This document shows, one piece after another, positions 11,103-20,192 of a stretch of DNA of 64,000 nucleotides. The notes beneath the pieces were generated by a model that saw nothing but the letters and a program-made list of their open reading frames with translations, had not been told where the DNA came from and searched no databases. The translations under genes were made by a program, and so were the position numbers. Source of the DNA: Acidobacteriota bacterium. GTDB lineage: Bacteria > Acidobacteriota > Terriglobia > Acidiferrales > UBA7541. Each line of letters starts with the position of its first letter. The stretch's first letter is position 1. The stretch is from assembly GCA_003154775.1 (NCBI GenBank), contig PMES01000031.1:4334-68333 (forward strand). Reading direction: 5' to 3'.

Positions 11103-12374
11103 CTAACTTCCAAATTCCTTTACCGCATCGATCATGGCAACGATGTTTTCGACTGGGGTCGCCGCCTGTATGTTGTGAATGGTGTTGAAGACGAAACCCC
11201 CACCTGGAGCAAAGATTTCGCATCGCCGCAGAACCTGCTCCCGAACTTCAGAAGCTGCGCCGAATGGCAAAACCTTTTGTGTGTCCACGCCCCCGCCCCA
11301 GAAGACCAGGCTGTCTCCAAAGTTCGCTTTCAACTGTTGCGGTTCCATGCCAGCCGCCGAGCACTGCACAGGGTTGAGAATATCGAAGCCGGCCTCGATA
11401 AAAGACGGTATGAACCTCGCGACCGAGCCGCAGGAGTGTTTGAACGTTTTCCAGAGTGTGTGGGAATGGATCCAGTCGTTGACTTGTTTGTAGTACGGGA
11501 AGTACAGCGCGCGGAAGGTTTTCACGGAACAGAATGCAGAGGTCTGCGTGCCGAAATCTGTGCCGCAGAGGAACACCGCATCCACGTTTTCGCCGACAGC
11601 AGCGTGAATGCGCTCGAGGTTCTTGAGGGCGATCTCACACTGGCGTTCAAAGATCTTGTGGATGTAGTTTTGACGGCTGCTGGTGGAGACATACCATTCC
11701 GCGATGTCGCGTATCCCTTTGGGGTACTTGAGAGATGGCGCTGGAACCAGGGCGATATCACCGAACGCTGTCCCCCCGAAAGAGGCAATCACAGCACCGC
11801 CCGTAGCCGCTGCTTGCCGCACCGAGCCCACAAAGTGATCGAGATCTTCCCGCGAGATCGGTGCAAACTCCTCCAGGTTGTCCTCGGGATTCAGCTTTTC
11901 TTCCTCGATCGGCGGCTGTCGTACGATGGCGTCGAAGAAGTAGCCGCCTCGCGGCATGCGTCCGCTGGCAGGAGCCGTGATGTCCCCTTCGGGATAGATA
12001 AGAGTGTCGCCATGCGCGTCAACCGTTGTGTTGAAGCCCTCCGGAACCAGCACTTCGAGTCCATTCAACTGCCAGCACTTCCAGTTCTCTGCCGGAAAGC
12101 CGAACATGGTCTTTCGGGGAAAAACGCCGACGACATCAAGACCCATCGCATCCCGCAGATCATCTTCCACCAGCCCCAGCATTTGAAATGGTTCGTGAAT
12201 GCGTACGGGCCGCTTCTCGAGGCCGTAGTGGTCTCGCAATGCGGCCACGCAACTGGCGTGCACGCCGCTGACGGCGGTTCCTCCGAAATCAATCGGGATG
12301 CGGTCCGGTTCCTTGTGATCCAGGGCGGTGACGAGCCGCTCACGGCTCGACTTATTCTTGACTGAAGTGCCCAT
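11103..12374 (-). CDS. Uroporphyrinogen decarboxylase-family methyltransferase (MtaA/CmuA-like)
   Basis: SRERLVTALDHKEPDRIPID, LCGTDFGTQ, KHSCG (Zn ligands H-x-C), FWGGGVDTQ and GGGFVFNTIHNIQ; adjacent to the corrinoid protein gene. Confidence 0.85.
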   Translation of the reverse strand: MGTSVKNKSSRERLVTALDHKEPDRIPIDFGGTAVSGVHASCVAALRDHYGLEKRPVRIHEPFQMLGLVEDDLRDAMGLDVVGVFPRKTMFGFPAENWKCWQLNGLEVLVPEGFNTTVDAHGDTLIYPEGDITAPASGRMPRGGYFFDAIVRQPPIEEEKLNPEDNLEEFAPISREDLDHFVGSVRQAAATGGAVIASFGGTAFGDIALVPAPSLKYPKGIRDIAEWYVSTSSRQNYIHKIFERQCEIALKNLERIHAAVGENVDAVFLCGTDFGTQTSAFCSVKTFRALYFPYYKQVNDWIHSHTLWKTFKHSCGSVARFIPSFIEAGFDILNPVQCSAAGMEPQQLKANFGDSLVFWGGGVDTQKVLPFGAASEVREQVLRRCEIFAPGGGFVFNTIHNIQAATPVENIVAMIDAVKEFGS

Positions 12375-12547
12375 CGTTTCCGCTCCAGCGCCTCGATATT
12401 TTCCAGGATCGCCCACGACAATTCCGGCATGCCGCACCAGCATAGAAAAAATACCACCACCAAGACAGCAAGGAAAATCAACAGGAACATTCTGATCAAG
12501 ACAACGGCTTAAATATCCCCTTGGTGCTTTGCTGGCGAGTCTCCTCG

Positions 12548-14080
12548 CTACCAGGAATTTTTCAGCTCGCCGACCTCGGCGGTGACGGCGTCGAGGACGG
12601 CGCAGGCCTTGACCGCGTCTGTCATGGCGTTGTGGTCTGTGAAGAGCGGCCGGTCCGCGTCCAGGTGCTCCACGACCTTGCGCACGGCGGCCTTGGCGGC
12701 CAGCGTCCCTTTGCCCGGCGTGAACTCGCGGAAGTCCAATCCTTGGGCGGCGGCGATGAACTCGATGGCCAGGACGCCGTTGGCGTTCTCCAGGATCTGT
12801 CTCGTTTTGAGTGCCCCGTTCATGCCCATGGAGACGAAATCCTCCTGGTCCGCCGCCGCGGGGATGGACTGGACGTAGCTGGGGGCGGAGAGGATGCGCT
12901 GTTCGACGATGAGCATGTCGGCGGTGTACTGGCTAAGCATGTGGCCCGAGAACATTCCGGCGCCCTTGGTGAGGAAGGCCGGCAGGCCCACGGAGAGGGC
13001 GGGGTTGAGGAGGCGGTTGAGGCGCCGCTCGCTGAGGACACTGACCATGGTCACGCCCGCGCCGACCACGTCCAGGGGCAGGCTCACGGGCGTGCCCTGA
13101 AAATTGGCGCCCGTGTAGACCTTGTTCTCCTCCGCCACGAAAATGGGGTTGTCCGCCACGCCGTTCAGTTCCGTCTCCACCTGCTTGCGGGCGTAGGCGA
13201 GCAGGTCGCGCAGAGCGCCGATGACCTGGGGCGTGGAGCGCATGGAGTAGGCGTCCTGCACCTTCACCTTGAGCTTGCCCGTGACCAGGTCTGAGCCCGC
13301 GATGACGGTTCGAAGGTTCGCCGCTACGGTCTGCGCGCCGCGGAAGCCGCGTAGCTCGTGAAGCTTGGCCTCGTACGGGCGCATGTTGGCCAGGAGCGCC
13401 TCCAACGTCATGGCTGCGGCAATCTCCGCCTGGGCCACCCAGCGCTCCGCGTCGTAGAGTTCCAGGCACGCCATTCCGGTGATGAGGTTGCTCCCGTTAA
13501 TGGCCGCCAGGCCGTCGCGGGCCTTGAGGCCGGGCACCGGGATGCCTGCCTTGTCCAAAGCCTCCTGGGTGGCCATTCGCTGGCCTTGGTAGAAGGACTC
13601 GCCCTCGCCCATCAGCGACAGAGCGCACTGAGCCATGGGTGCCAGGTCGCCGCAAGCGCCCACACTCCCCTTCTCGCACACGACGGGCGTGACGCCCGCG
13701 TTGAGCATGGCGATGTAGGTGAGCGGTATCTCCGGCCGGCACCCGGAGAAGCCCTTGGCGTGCACATTCACGCGGCTGAGCATGGCCGCGCGCACGTGTT
13801 CCACAGGCGCCGGCACTCCAATGCCCGCCGCGTGATTGTAGATGAGGTATTTCTGGAACTCCTTTACCTGCTCATCGTTCAGGACCACTTCGGAGAACTC
13901 GCCGATGCCCGTGTTCACGCCGTACATCGTTTCGTGGGCCTGGATCTTTTCCTCCAACATCCCGCGGCAGGTTTTGATGCGCTCGAGCGCTTCGGGCGTC
14001 AGCTCCACTTTTTCCGCATGGCGCGCCACACGCACCACAGCTTCGATGGTCAGGCTGCTGCCGTCAAGACGGATCGTCAT
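12548..14080 (-). CDS. hutH: Histidine ammonia-lyase-like aromatic amino acid lyase (MIO family, Ala-Cys-Gly variant)
   Basis: YGVNTGIG (Y53), H83, GSVGACGDLAP, AYSMRSTPQV and QEDFVSM. Substrate is unproven, so the symbol means hutH-like only. Confidence 0.8.
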   Translation of the reverse strand: MTIRLDGSSLTIEAVVRVARHAEKVELTPEALERIKTCRGMLEEKIQAHETMYGVNTGIGEFSEVVLNDEQVKEFQKYLIYNHAAGIGVPAPVEHVRAAMLSRVNVHAKGFSGCRPEIPLTYIAMLNAGVTPVVCEKGSVGACGDLAPMAQCALSLMGEGESFYQGQRMATQEALDKAGIPVPGLKARDGLAAINGSNLITGMACLELYDAERWVAQAEIAAAMTLEALLANMRPYEAKLHELRGFRGAQTVAANLRTVIAGSDLVTGKLKVKVQDAYSMRSTPQVIGALRDLLAYARKQVETELNGVADNPIFVAEENKVYTGANFQGTPVSLPLDVVGAGVTMVSVLSERRLNRLLNPALSVGLPAFLTKGAGMFSGHMLSQYTADMLIVEQRILSAPSYVQSIPAAADQEDFVSMGMNGALKTRQILENANGVLAIEFIAAAQGLDFREFTPGKGTLAAKAAVRKVVEHLDADRPLFTDHNAMTDAVKACAVLDAVTAEVGELKNSW

Positions 14081-14716
14081 GGTGTTCCTCCTGGTGGGGC
14101 CGCATCGACTTGGCAGATCCCGGAGAAAATGCCGCGCGGCTCATCCTCCCGCGGTACCCAGATGGAGCGAGGGGTGGGGGTCAGACCACGGCGCAGACGA
14201 GTGCGTGGATTGACCCGACATTTCCAGTATGAACTTCGCGCTGCCACCATCATAAACGATTCCACACAACCTGCTGTCAAGCTATCACCTTCGGAGCATT
14301 TTCAGGGCTATATCCCCCTGGCTGGTGGCATAAGAGGGCCTTCCCAGCGCTCGGCGTGTGGTCTTCCGCATCGATCTTCCGATGGTCCACAAGGATTCTC
14401 AGTCGTTTTTCCCAATACGCACGCCAACCTGGAGGCCACTCATTTTTGTGAAGTAACCTGCTGGAAGAGAGGATACAACGCAAGGCTCATCATGTCCGAA
14501 GCCAAAGCCCGTTAGCGGCTGATGCAAATCGACCCGGTTTAAGGACCGTTCCGAATATAGGACTTGGCCGCTCACATTTTCACCCAGGGTTGTGGGATTT
14601 TTGCGTTTATCGGGCAGGCAGCAAACTGGCCAAAGTCACCGGGTCAGAAAGTTAGCAGCAATACTGTTCACTTTAGTGGGTATCATTGATATTTTCTTCG
14701 GAAGGAGGAACGAGAA

Positions 14717-15178
14717 ATGGCCCATAATCCTGCCGAATTTCATTCCAACTCGCACATCCGGCTGGACCAATGCTCGCGTTGGCCGGTGCGCCAGAATTGC
14801 GGGCAGGAGTGCCTCTCCCAGGTGAACGCGGACCCGGCACAGTGCCTGGTCTGGAACATCGTGGACCAGTGGTACAAGGGCAAGGCGTGCGCGTACTGCC
14901 AGAAGCCCTTCACCGAAATCCACTGGCATGAGCGGCACCCCGCGTTGATGGCACCGGATCACACTTGCGTGCAGTGGAATGAAGTGCCGCCGGAAAAATT
15001 GCCGGAGGTTTTCGAGTCGTACCTGCCGGTGTGCTGGAACTGCTACATCGCGGAGACATTCCGGCGGCAGAATCCCGAGAAGGTTCTGGACCGGACATGG
15101 GAGCGCGGCCCGGGCGGCGAGTACATTCCAAAAGAGGATTCGGCGGCCCCGGCGGCGAAACAGGCGACGCGGAACTAG
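14717..15178 (+). CDS. Hypothetical Cys-rich soluble protein
   Basis: AGGAGG RBS upstream; 9 Cys including CAYC and CWNC pairs. Confidence 0.75.
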   Translation: MAHNPAEFHSNSHIRLDQCSRWPVRQNCGQECLSQVNADPAQCLVWNIVDQWYKGKACAYCQKPFTEIHWHERHPALMAPDHTCVQWNEVPPEKLPEVFESYLPVCWNCYIAETFRRQNPEKVLDRTWERGPGGEYIPKEDSAAPAAKQATRN

Positions 15179-15351
15179 CCTTAACACCCTGTGCAGACCA
15201 TCGAAGGAAAAGCCGAAAGTGGGCTACTTTGAACCGTCGCGAAGTTGGTTGGCGAACAGGAAGCGCACAAGTGGGGAGAAGAAAGAGCGGCACCAACCGC
15301 ACCCACCTTAAAGCCCACAAACCAAAACATAAGGTGTAATATGGACTAGTT

Positions 15352-16026
15352 ATGACTTCCACTACTTCCCACGACTTCGTTAAAGGGAGCAAACTCCAGA
15401 TCCGACGCCTGATCAACGACAATCCGCAGCGCATCGAAGAACAACTTCGCAAGGTAATCCCCGGGTGGGGCACAGCCGAATTCGACTGGCGCTCGCCGCT
15501 CGCCTCGGAGCAGTACAAAGAGTATTGCGATGAAGAATTCCTGGCAGTTCTTGGGCTAGAGGACTATTCCAAGGCGTTGGCGGGCGGTTTCTGGCCGCGC
15601 CGCGGTCCCAATTGGGATGCTCTGGCCCGAGTGGCTCTGCCCCATCCTGCCGTTCTCCTGATTGAGGCGAAGAGCCACCGATCGGAAATGGCGAGCTGCT
15701 ACGGTGGCGGGCCCGATTCTCTCAAAATCATCAAGGCCGCTTTTCACAAAACTCAACAGTGGCTACAGCCCCAGAATCGCCGAGACTGGAAGTCGCCGTT
15801 TTATCAGTTCGCCAACCGCCTGGCCCACCTCTATTTCCTGCGTAAGGAATGCGGACTGGAAGCGTGGCTCGCGCACGTGTATTTCACGGGCGACCCATAC
15901 TACCCGACCAGCCGCGAGCAATGGGATGACTGGCTGCGCGAGGTTCGCTTTGAGCTCGGAATCGGCGACGGCAAAATCGAAGGACTGGCGGATATCTTCC
16001 TGTCTGTGAACGGAGGCAAAGCGTGA
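15352..16026 (+). CDS. Uncharacterised PD-(D/E)xK-fold nuclease-like protein
   Basis: FWPRRGPNWD(89)AL...LLIE(105)AK(107); stop overlaps the next gene's start (GTGA). Confidence 0.7.
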   Translation: MTSTTSHDFVKGSKLQIRRLINDNPQRIEEQLRKVIPGWGTAEFDWRSPLASEQYKEYCDEEFLAVLGLEDYSKALAGGFWPRRGPNWDALARVALPHPAVLLIEAKSHRSEMASCYGGGPDSLKIIKAAFHKTQQWLQPQNRRDWKSPFYQFANRLAHLYFLRKECGLEAWLAHVYFTGDPYYPTSREQWDDWLREVRFELGIGDGKIEGLADIFLSVNGGKA

Positions 16027-16766
16027 GCGAACAGGATCTCTACCGTGACCTCCGCCGGATCTGGAACTTGCGCACCGAGTTCAACGGTCCAAAGGTGATC
16101 AAGGACCTGGACGATCAGATTGCGGACAACTACCAGCGGCTGAAGGAGATGGACCGCGCCGGTTCCAGCTCCGAGAATTGGCGATGGTATGCAAATTCCG
16201 ATTACGACCGCGCGAAGAATAGATCGCCGGAAACGATCGTGGAGCGCGAGATCATCGGTCTGACACAGGCGCTCGGAACATGGGCGAACCAGGTTCCGGT
16301 AAACAGCGGGATCTCCGAAGGGAACAATCAGCCCAGTCATATCGACCTCGTGCATCGCACCACAGAGCGAACCTTCGAATTAATTGAGCTGAAGATCGAT
16401 AGCAAGGATCCGTACGAAGCGGCGCTGCAAATCCTCCGCTACGGCCTCACCTACAGACTGTTCCGCCGCGTTCCAACGCTGTTGCGATCGAAGCAGCATT
16501 CGCTCACAAAGAAGCTATTCGAGGCGAGCCATATTCATTTGCGCGTGCTGGCTCCAGCAGAATACTACCGGCAGGGGAATGCAGAGACCATCGAGCCTGC
16601 ATTGCGCGAGGGGTTCGAGCACCTGCTGAAAGACGAGGACTGGAAGATGGATTTCGCCTTTCTCCAGTTTCCGGATTGGTTCCGGCCCAAGTCGTTAGAA
16701 TTAACAGAGATAAGACAGACACTGGAACTCGCTCTTGTCGGTCGCGGACCGTTGCGCCGGGATTAG
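16023..16766 (+). CDS. Uncharacterised PD-(D/E)xK nuclease-like protein with QxxxY motif
   Basis: HID(108)LV...FELIE(122)LK(124)...AALQ(136)ILRY(140); GTG start coupled to the upstream stop. Confidence 0.72.
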   Translation: MSEQDLYRDLRRIWNLRTEFNGPKVIKDLDDQIADNYQRLKEMDRAGSSSENWRWYANSDYDRAKNRSPETIVEREIIGLTQALGTWANQVPVNSGISEGNNQPSHIDLVHRTTERTFELIELKIDSKDPYEAALQILRYGLTYRLFRRVPTLLRSKQHSLTKKLFEASHIHLRVLAPAEYYRQGNAETIEPALREGFEHLLKDEDWKMDFAFLQFPDWFRPKSLELTEIRQTLELALVGRGPLRRD

Positions 16767-17806
16767 TGGCAGAACTCGCAGGCGCGGCCGACCGTCCCCA
16801 AACCAAGCAGGTCGATATGCGGCGTGAGGTAGTCTTCGCGCACAGGCTCATCGTGCATGAGCGCGGTGCTCAGGTATTTCTTATTGTCGTCGCAGAAGAC
16901 GGTGACGACGGCGGCGTCTGGCGCGATTTTGTCCTGGGCGCGCAAAGCGGCGAGGAAGTTGCAGCCAGAAGAGATCCCCACAGCCAAGCCAAGATTAAAG
17001 GCGAGCTTCTGCGCCATGAGGATGGCATCGCCATCGGGGATGGCGATGACCTCGTCGAGATCCTCGAGCTTGATGATCTCGGGCACGAATTCGTCGGAGA
17101 TGCCCTGGATGCGGTGGTTACCGACTTTGCAGCCGGTGGATAGCGTGGGCGATTCGGCGGGCTCGACGGGATGAATGTGGATGGAGGAGTCGCGCTCCTT
17201 CAGAAATTTCCCGACGCCCATGACCGTGCCGCCGGTGCCCACGCCGGCGACAAAGGCCTGCGGCCGCTTGGCCACGGAAACCATTTGCGACCAGATCTCC
17301 GGGCCGGTGGTTTCTTCGTGGGATTCGACATTCGCGGGGTTGGAGAACTGCCGGGGGAGGAAAACGTCTTTGCGGGACGCTGCCAGCTCTTCGCACAGGC
17401 GGATGCAGCCGAGGAATCCCCCTTGCGCGGCGACGACGGACACGACTTCGGCGCCGTAGCTGCGAATCAGTTGCACGCGCTCCTGGCCCATCCAATCGGG
17501 CATGAAAATCTTGACGGGGTGGCCCAGGATGCGGCCGAGCGCCGCAAAGGAAATGCCGGTGTTGCCGCTGGTGGCCTCGGCGATGGTGAAGCCGGGTTCG
17601 ATCTTCCCTTCTTCATAGGCTTTTTGCAGGATGCGCAGGGCCATGCGGTCCTTGATGCTGCCGGTGAGATTCATGTTTTCGGATTTGGCGTAAAGAATGC
17701 GTTCGCGGCCCTTATAGCGGAAGTGGATGCTGACGAGGGGGGTATTACCGACGAGACGAGTCAGGGCCTTGAACTTCGATGTGGGACTATCGATGAGTAT
17801 GGTCAT
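16763..17806 (-). CDS. cysK: PLP-dependent cysteine synthase family protein
   Basis: [16 protein letters not shown] (PLP Lys), [15 protein letters not shown] and HRIQGI. Start placed at ATG 17806. Confidence 0.88.
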   Translation of the reverse strand: MTILIDSPTSKFKALTRLVGNTPLVSIHFRYKGRERILYAKSENMNLTGSIKDRMALRILQKAYEEGKIEPGFTIAEATSGNTGISFAALGRILGHPVKIFMPDWMGQERVQLIRSYGAEVVSVVAAQGGFLGCIRLCEELAASRKDVFLPRQFSNPANVESHEETTGPEIWSQMVSVAKRPQAFVAGVGTGGTVMGVGKFLKERDSSIHIHPVEPAESPTLSTGCKVGNHRIQGISDEFVPEIIKLEDLDEVIAIPDGDAILMAQKLAFNLGLAVGISSGCNFLAALRAQDKIAPDAAVVTVFCDDNKKYLSTALMHDEPVREDYLTPHIDLLGLGTVGRACEFCH

Positions 17807-17948
17807 AACAATTGTTTGTCGCATGTTTGCGGGAATTCGGCAAGTGCATTGGGTACGGGCAATCAAACTGGCGACTGGGGCGGAAAGTTCGGATGGTAAT
17901 GGGTGCGGGAACAACCTTCGGGCGCTGCTCGGCCGCATGGAGCGGGGA

Positions 17949-18710
17949 TCAGGACCAACCAGCGTCGACGGTGAATTCCTGCGCGGTGCACATGCGACTG
18001 GCGTCGGAGGCGAGGAAGAGAGCAAGCTGGGCGACGTCCTCCGGCTCGATGCGAGCCTGGAGACATTGTCCGGCCATGACGTCGCGCTCCATCCGCGGAT
18101 TCAGCCACAGTTGCTTCTGGCGTTGGGTCCAGACGGCGCCGGGGAGAATGGTGTTCACGCGAATGCCGGCTTGGCCAAAATCGCGGGCGATGGCGCGGGT
18201 GAGGCCGTGGATGGAGGCTTTGCTCATGCTGTAGATGGGCGCGTCGGTCTGCTTGATTTTCCAAATGATAGAGCTGAGGTTGATGATGGAGCCGCCGCCG
18301 CGGCGCTTCATGATGGGAAACACTTCCTGCGCGGCGAAGAACATATGGCGCTGATTGACGGCGATGCGGTCGTCCCAATACGCCTGGGTGACGCTGCCGA
18401 TGGCGTGGCGATCGTCGTTGCCGGCATTGTTCACAAGAACGGCGATGTCGCCGAGGCGCGCCGCGGCTTCCTGGATGGACTTCTGTAAAGCGGCGATGTC
18501 CCGGAGATCGCAAGGTAAATACAAAGGCTTTGCGCCTGTGTCGCGGTGAACGAGATCGGCGAGGCGTGTGCTGGCGTCCTCGGCGATGTCAACAAACGCC
18601 ACCAGCGAAGCTTGTTCGGCGAAAGCGCGGGTCATGGCGCCGCCGATGCCATTCCCTCCCCCGGTGATGAAAACGACCTTGCCGCGAAGATCAGGGTAGC
18701 TGGCCAACAT
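17949..18710 (-). CDS. SDR oxidoreductase, resembling D-xylose 1-dehydrogenase
   Basis: [22 protein letters not shown] (YxxxK) and RVNTILPG. Confidence 0.85.
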   Translation of the reverse strand: MLASYPDLRGKVVFITGGGNGIGGAMTRAFAEQASLVAFVDIAEDASTRLADLVHRDTGAKPLYLPCDLRDIAALQKSIQEAAARLGDIAVLVNNAGNDDRHAIGSVTQAYWDDRIAVNQRHMFFAAQEVFPIMKRRGGGSIINLSSIIWKIKQTDAPIYSMSKASIHGLTRAIARDFGQAGIRVNTILPGAVWTQRQKQLWLNPRMERDVMAGQCLQARIEPEDVAQLALFLASDASRMCTAQEFTVDAGWS

Positions 18711-18960
18711 GGGGAATATTCCTCTGAGCTTGTATGGAAACCGTTGTCCGCGAGTGGCGGAAGTACACGAAATTCATTTGCGGAATGATTTCGTCAAACG
18801 ATACTCCAACTCGAAGGCGAACGCCAAGCCAAGAATCGCGGGGCGGCGGATGGCAGTCAAGGAAGTCGCGCCACGGAGCGAAGGAAGGCCGGCCGACGGA
18901 CATGCCGTGCCGTGGTCCATCGCACTGCCACCGACTCAAGATCGAGAGATCGTGCGGACC

Positions 18961-18997
18961 AGGGGCGCCCGCCTTCGGCGGGTGCTGCGCCCCTACG
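18961..18997. repeat. REP-like GC-rich palindrome
   Basis: AGGGGCGC-CCGCC-TTCG-GCGGG-TGCT-GCGCCCCT, a nested hairpin with a UUCG loop; intergenic. Confidence 0.5.
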
Positions 18998-19094
18998 CGA
19001 AAGGACATGCGGGTCAGGAGAGATATTCGAGGGCGGCGCGAATTCGGTACAATTGAGCAGCGGAAAGAACTTCCCAATCGGGACAGGTGAGCGC

Positions 19095-19982
19095 GTGATT
19101 CATCGTAACGTTTTTCATAATGAGGAGTTGCTAGGGATCGAAAAGGTACGTTGGTCGCCCGGGCAGGCGGGATTGATCTGCGGTTGGGGGCTATTCACCA
19201 CGGTGCGCATCACGCAGGGAGAGGCGTTTGCCTACGAGCGGCACTGGCGGCGGCTGGAAAAGGATGCGGCGCTGACGCGGCTGCCGCTGACGTATTCCGG
19301 CGCAAAGGTGCGCGTGCATTTGCAGGAGGTGATCCGGGCAAACAAAGTGACGGAAGGATGCGCAAGGATCTACCTGATTTGGAATACGGTGGGTGGCTGG
19401 AAAAGCGACGAGAACATGCCCGATGTGGACCTGCTGATAACCACCGCCGACCTGCCGCAGCATCCGGAGAGCGTGCGGCTGACAGTGCGCGAACAAGGGC
19501 GGCACGCGGCTTCGCCTCTGGCGGGAGTGAAAACGATTTCGTGGTTGAACAGTGTGTGGGCCTCGGCCGAGGCACATCGGGAAGGGTTTGACGAGGTGGT
19601 GCTGCTGAATGAGCGGGGCGAGGTAAGCGAGTGCACGGCCGCAAATATTTTCGTGGTGAAGAAGGAGAGAGTGGTGACGCCGCCGTTGAGTTCCGGATGC
19701 CTGGAAGGAGTGACGCGCGGGGTGCTGATGGAAATCGCCGCGGATGCGGGAACCAGCGTGACGGAGCAGACCTTGCGCATGGAGGATTTGTACGGCGCGG
19801 ATGAGGTCTTCATCACATCGACCAACCGCAATGTGATTGGCGTGCGGGAGATCGCGGGGCGGCCGATGGCAAACGAGGGAAAAGGCGAGATAACCCAGAA
19901 GCTGGATGAAGCGTTTGGCGCGTTTATGAAGGATTACGTGGGGAGACGGTTGGCGGCGCGGACAGGAAAAGCGGAAGGCTGA
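19095..19982 (+). CDS. Class IV aminotransferase (branched-chain aminotransferase / ADC lyase family)
   Basis: GWGLFTTVR, AYERHWRRL, GVKTISW (PLP Lys), ECTAANIF, CLEGVTR and EVFITST. GTG start at 19095. Confidence 0.9.
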   Translation: MIHRNVFHNEELLGIEKVRWSPGQAGLICGWGLFTTVRITQGEAFAYERHWRRLEKDAALTRLPLTYSGAKVRVHLQEVIRANKVTEGCARIYLIWNTVGGWKSDENMPDVDLLITTADLPQHPESVRLTVREQGRHAASPLAGVKTISWLNSVWASAEAHREGFDEVVLLNERGEVSECTAANIFVVKKERVVTPPLSSGCLEGVTRGVLMEIAADAGTSVTEQTLRMEDLYGADEVFITSTNRNVIGVREIAGRPMANEGKGEITQKLDEAFGAFMKDYVGRRLAARTGKAEG

Positions 19983-20090
19983 GAACCAAGAACGCAGCAG
20001 AAAGATCCAACGCAAAGATGCCCCGAGCAGACCGGGATAACCGCCGGGCACAGAGGTCTGCAGAGTAGCACGGAGAAAATGAACCCAGGA

Positions 20091-20115
20091 GCACAGACAG
20101 GAGTGTCTGTGCCAC
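20091..20115. repeat. REP-like palindrome
   Basis: GCACAGACA-GGAG-TGTCTGTGC-CAC, a perfect 9-bp stem. Confidence 0.6.
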
Positions 20116-20192
20116 AAGAAGCGGGGCCAGGCAAACTGGCCGGGCACGTGCTACAATGCGCGGACTAGCTGAGGGGTCAGGACGGGAAAAGC

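Noticed and set aside
15203-15218. LexA-like site GAAG-N8-GAAA upstream of the nuclease pair
   Set aside because: The spacer is 8 bp, not 7, and it does not sit in a recognisable promoter, so SOS control of the pair is unsupported.
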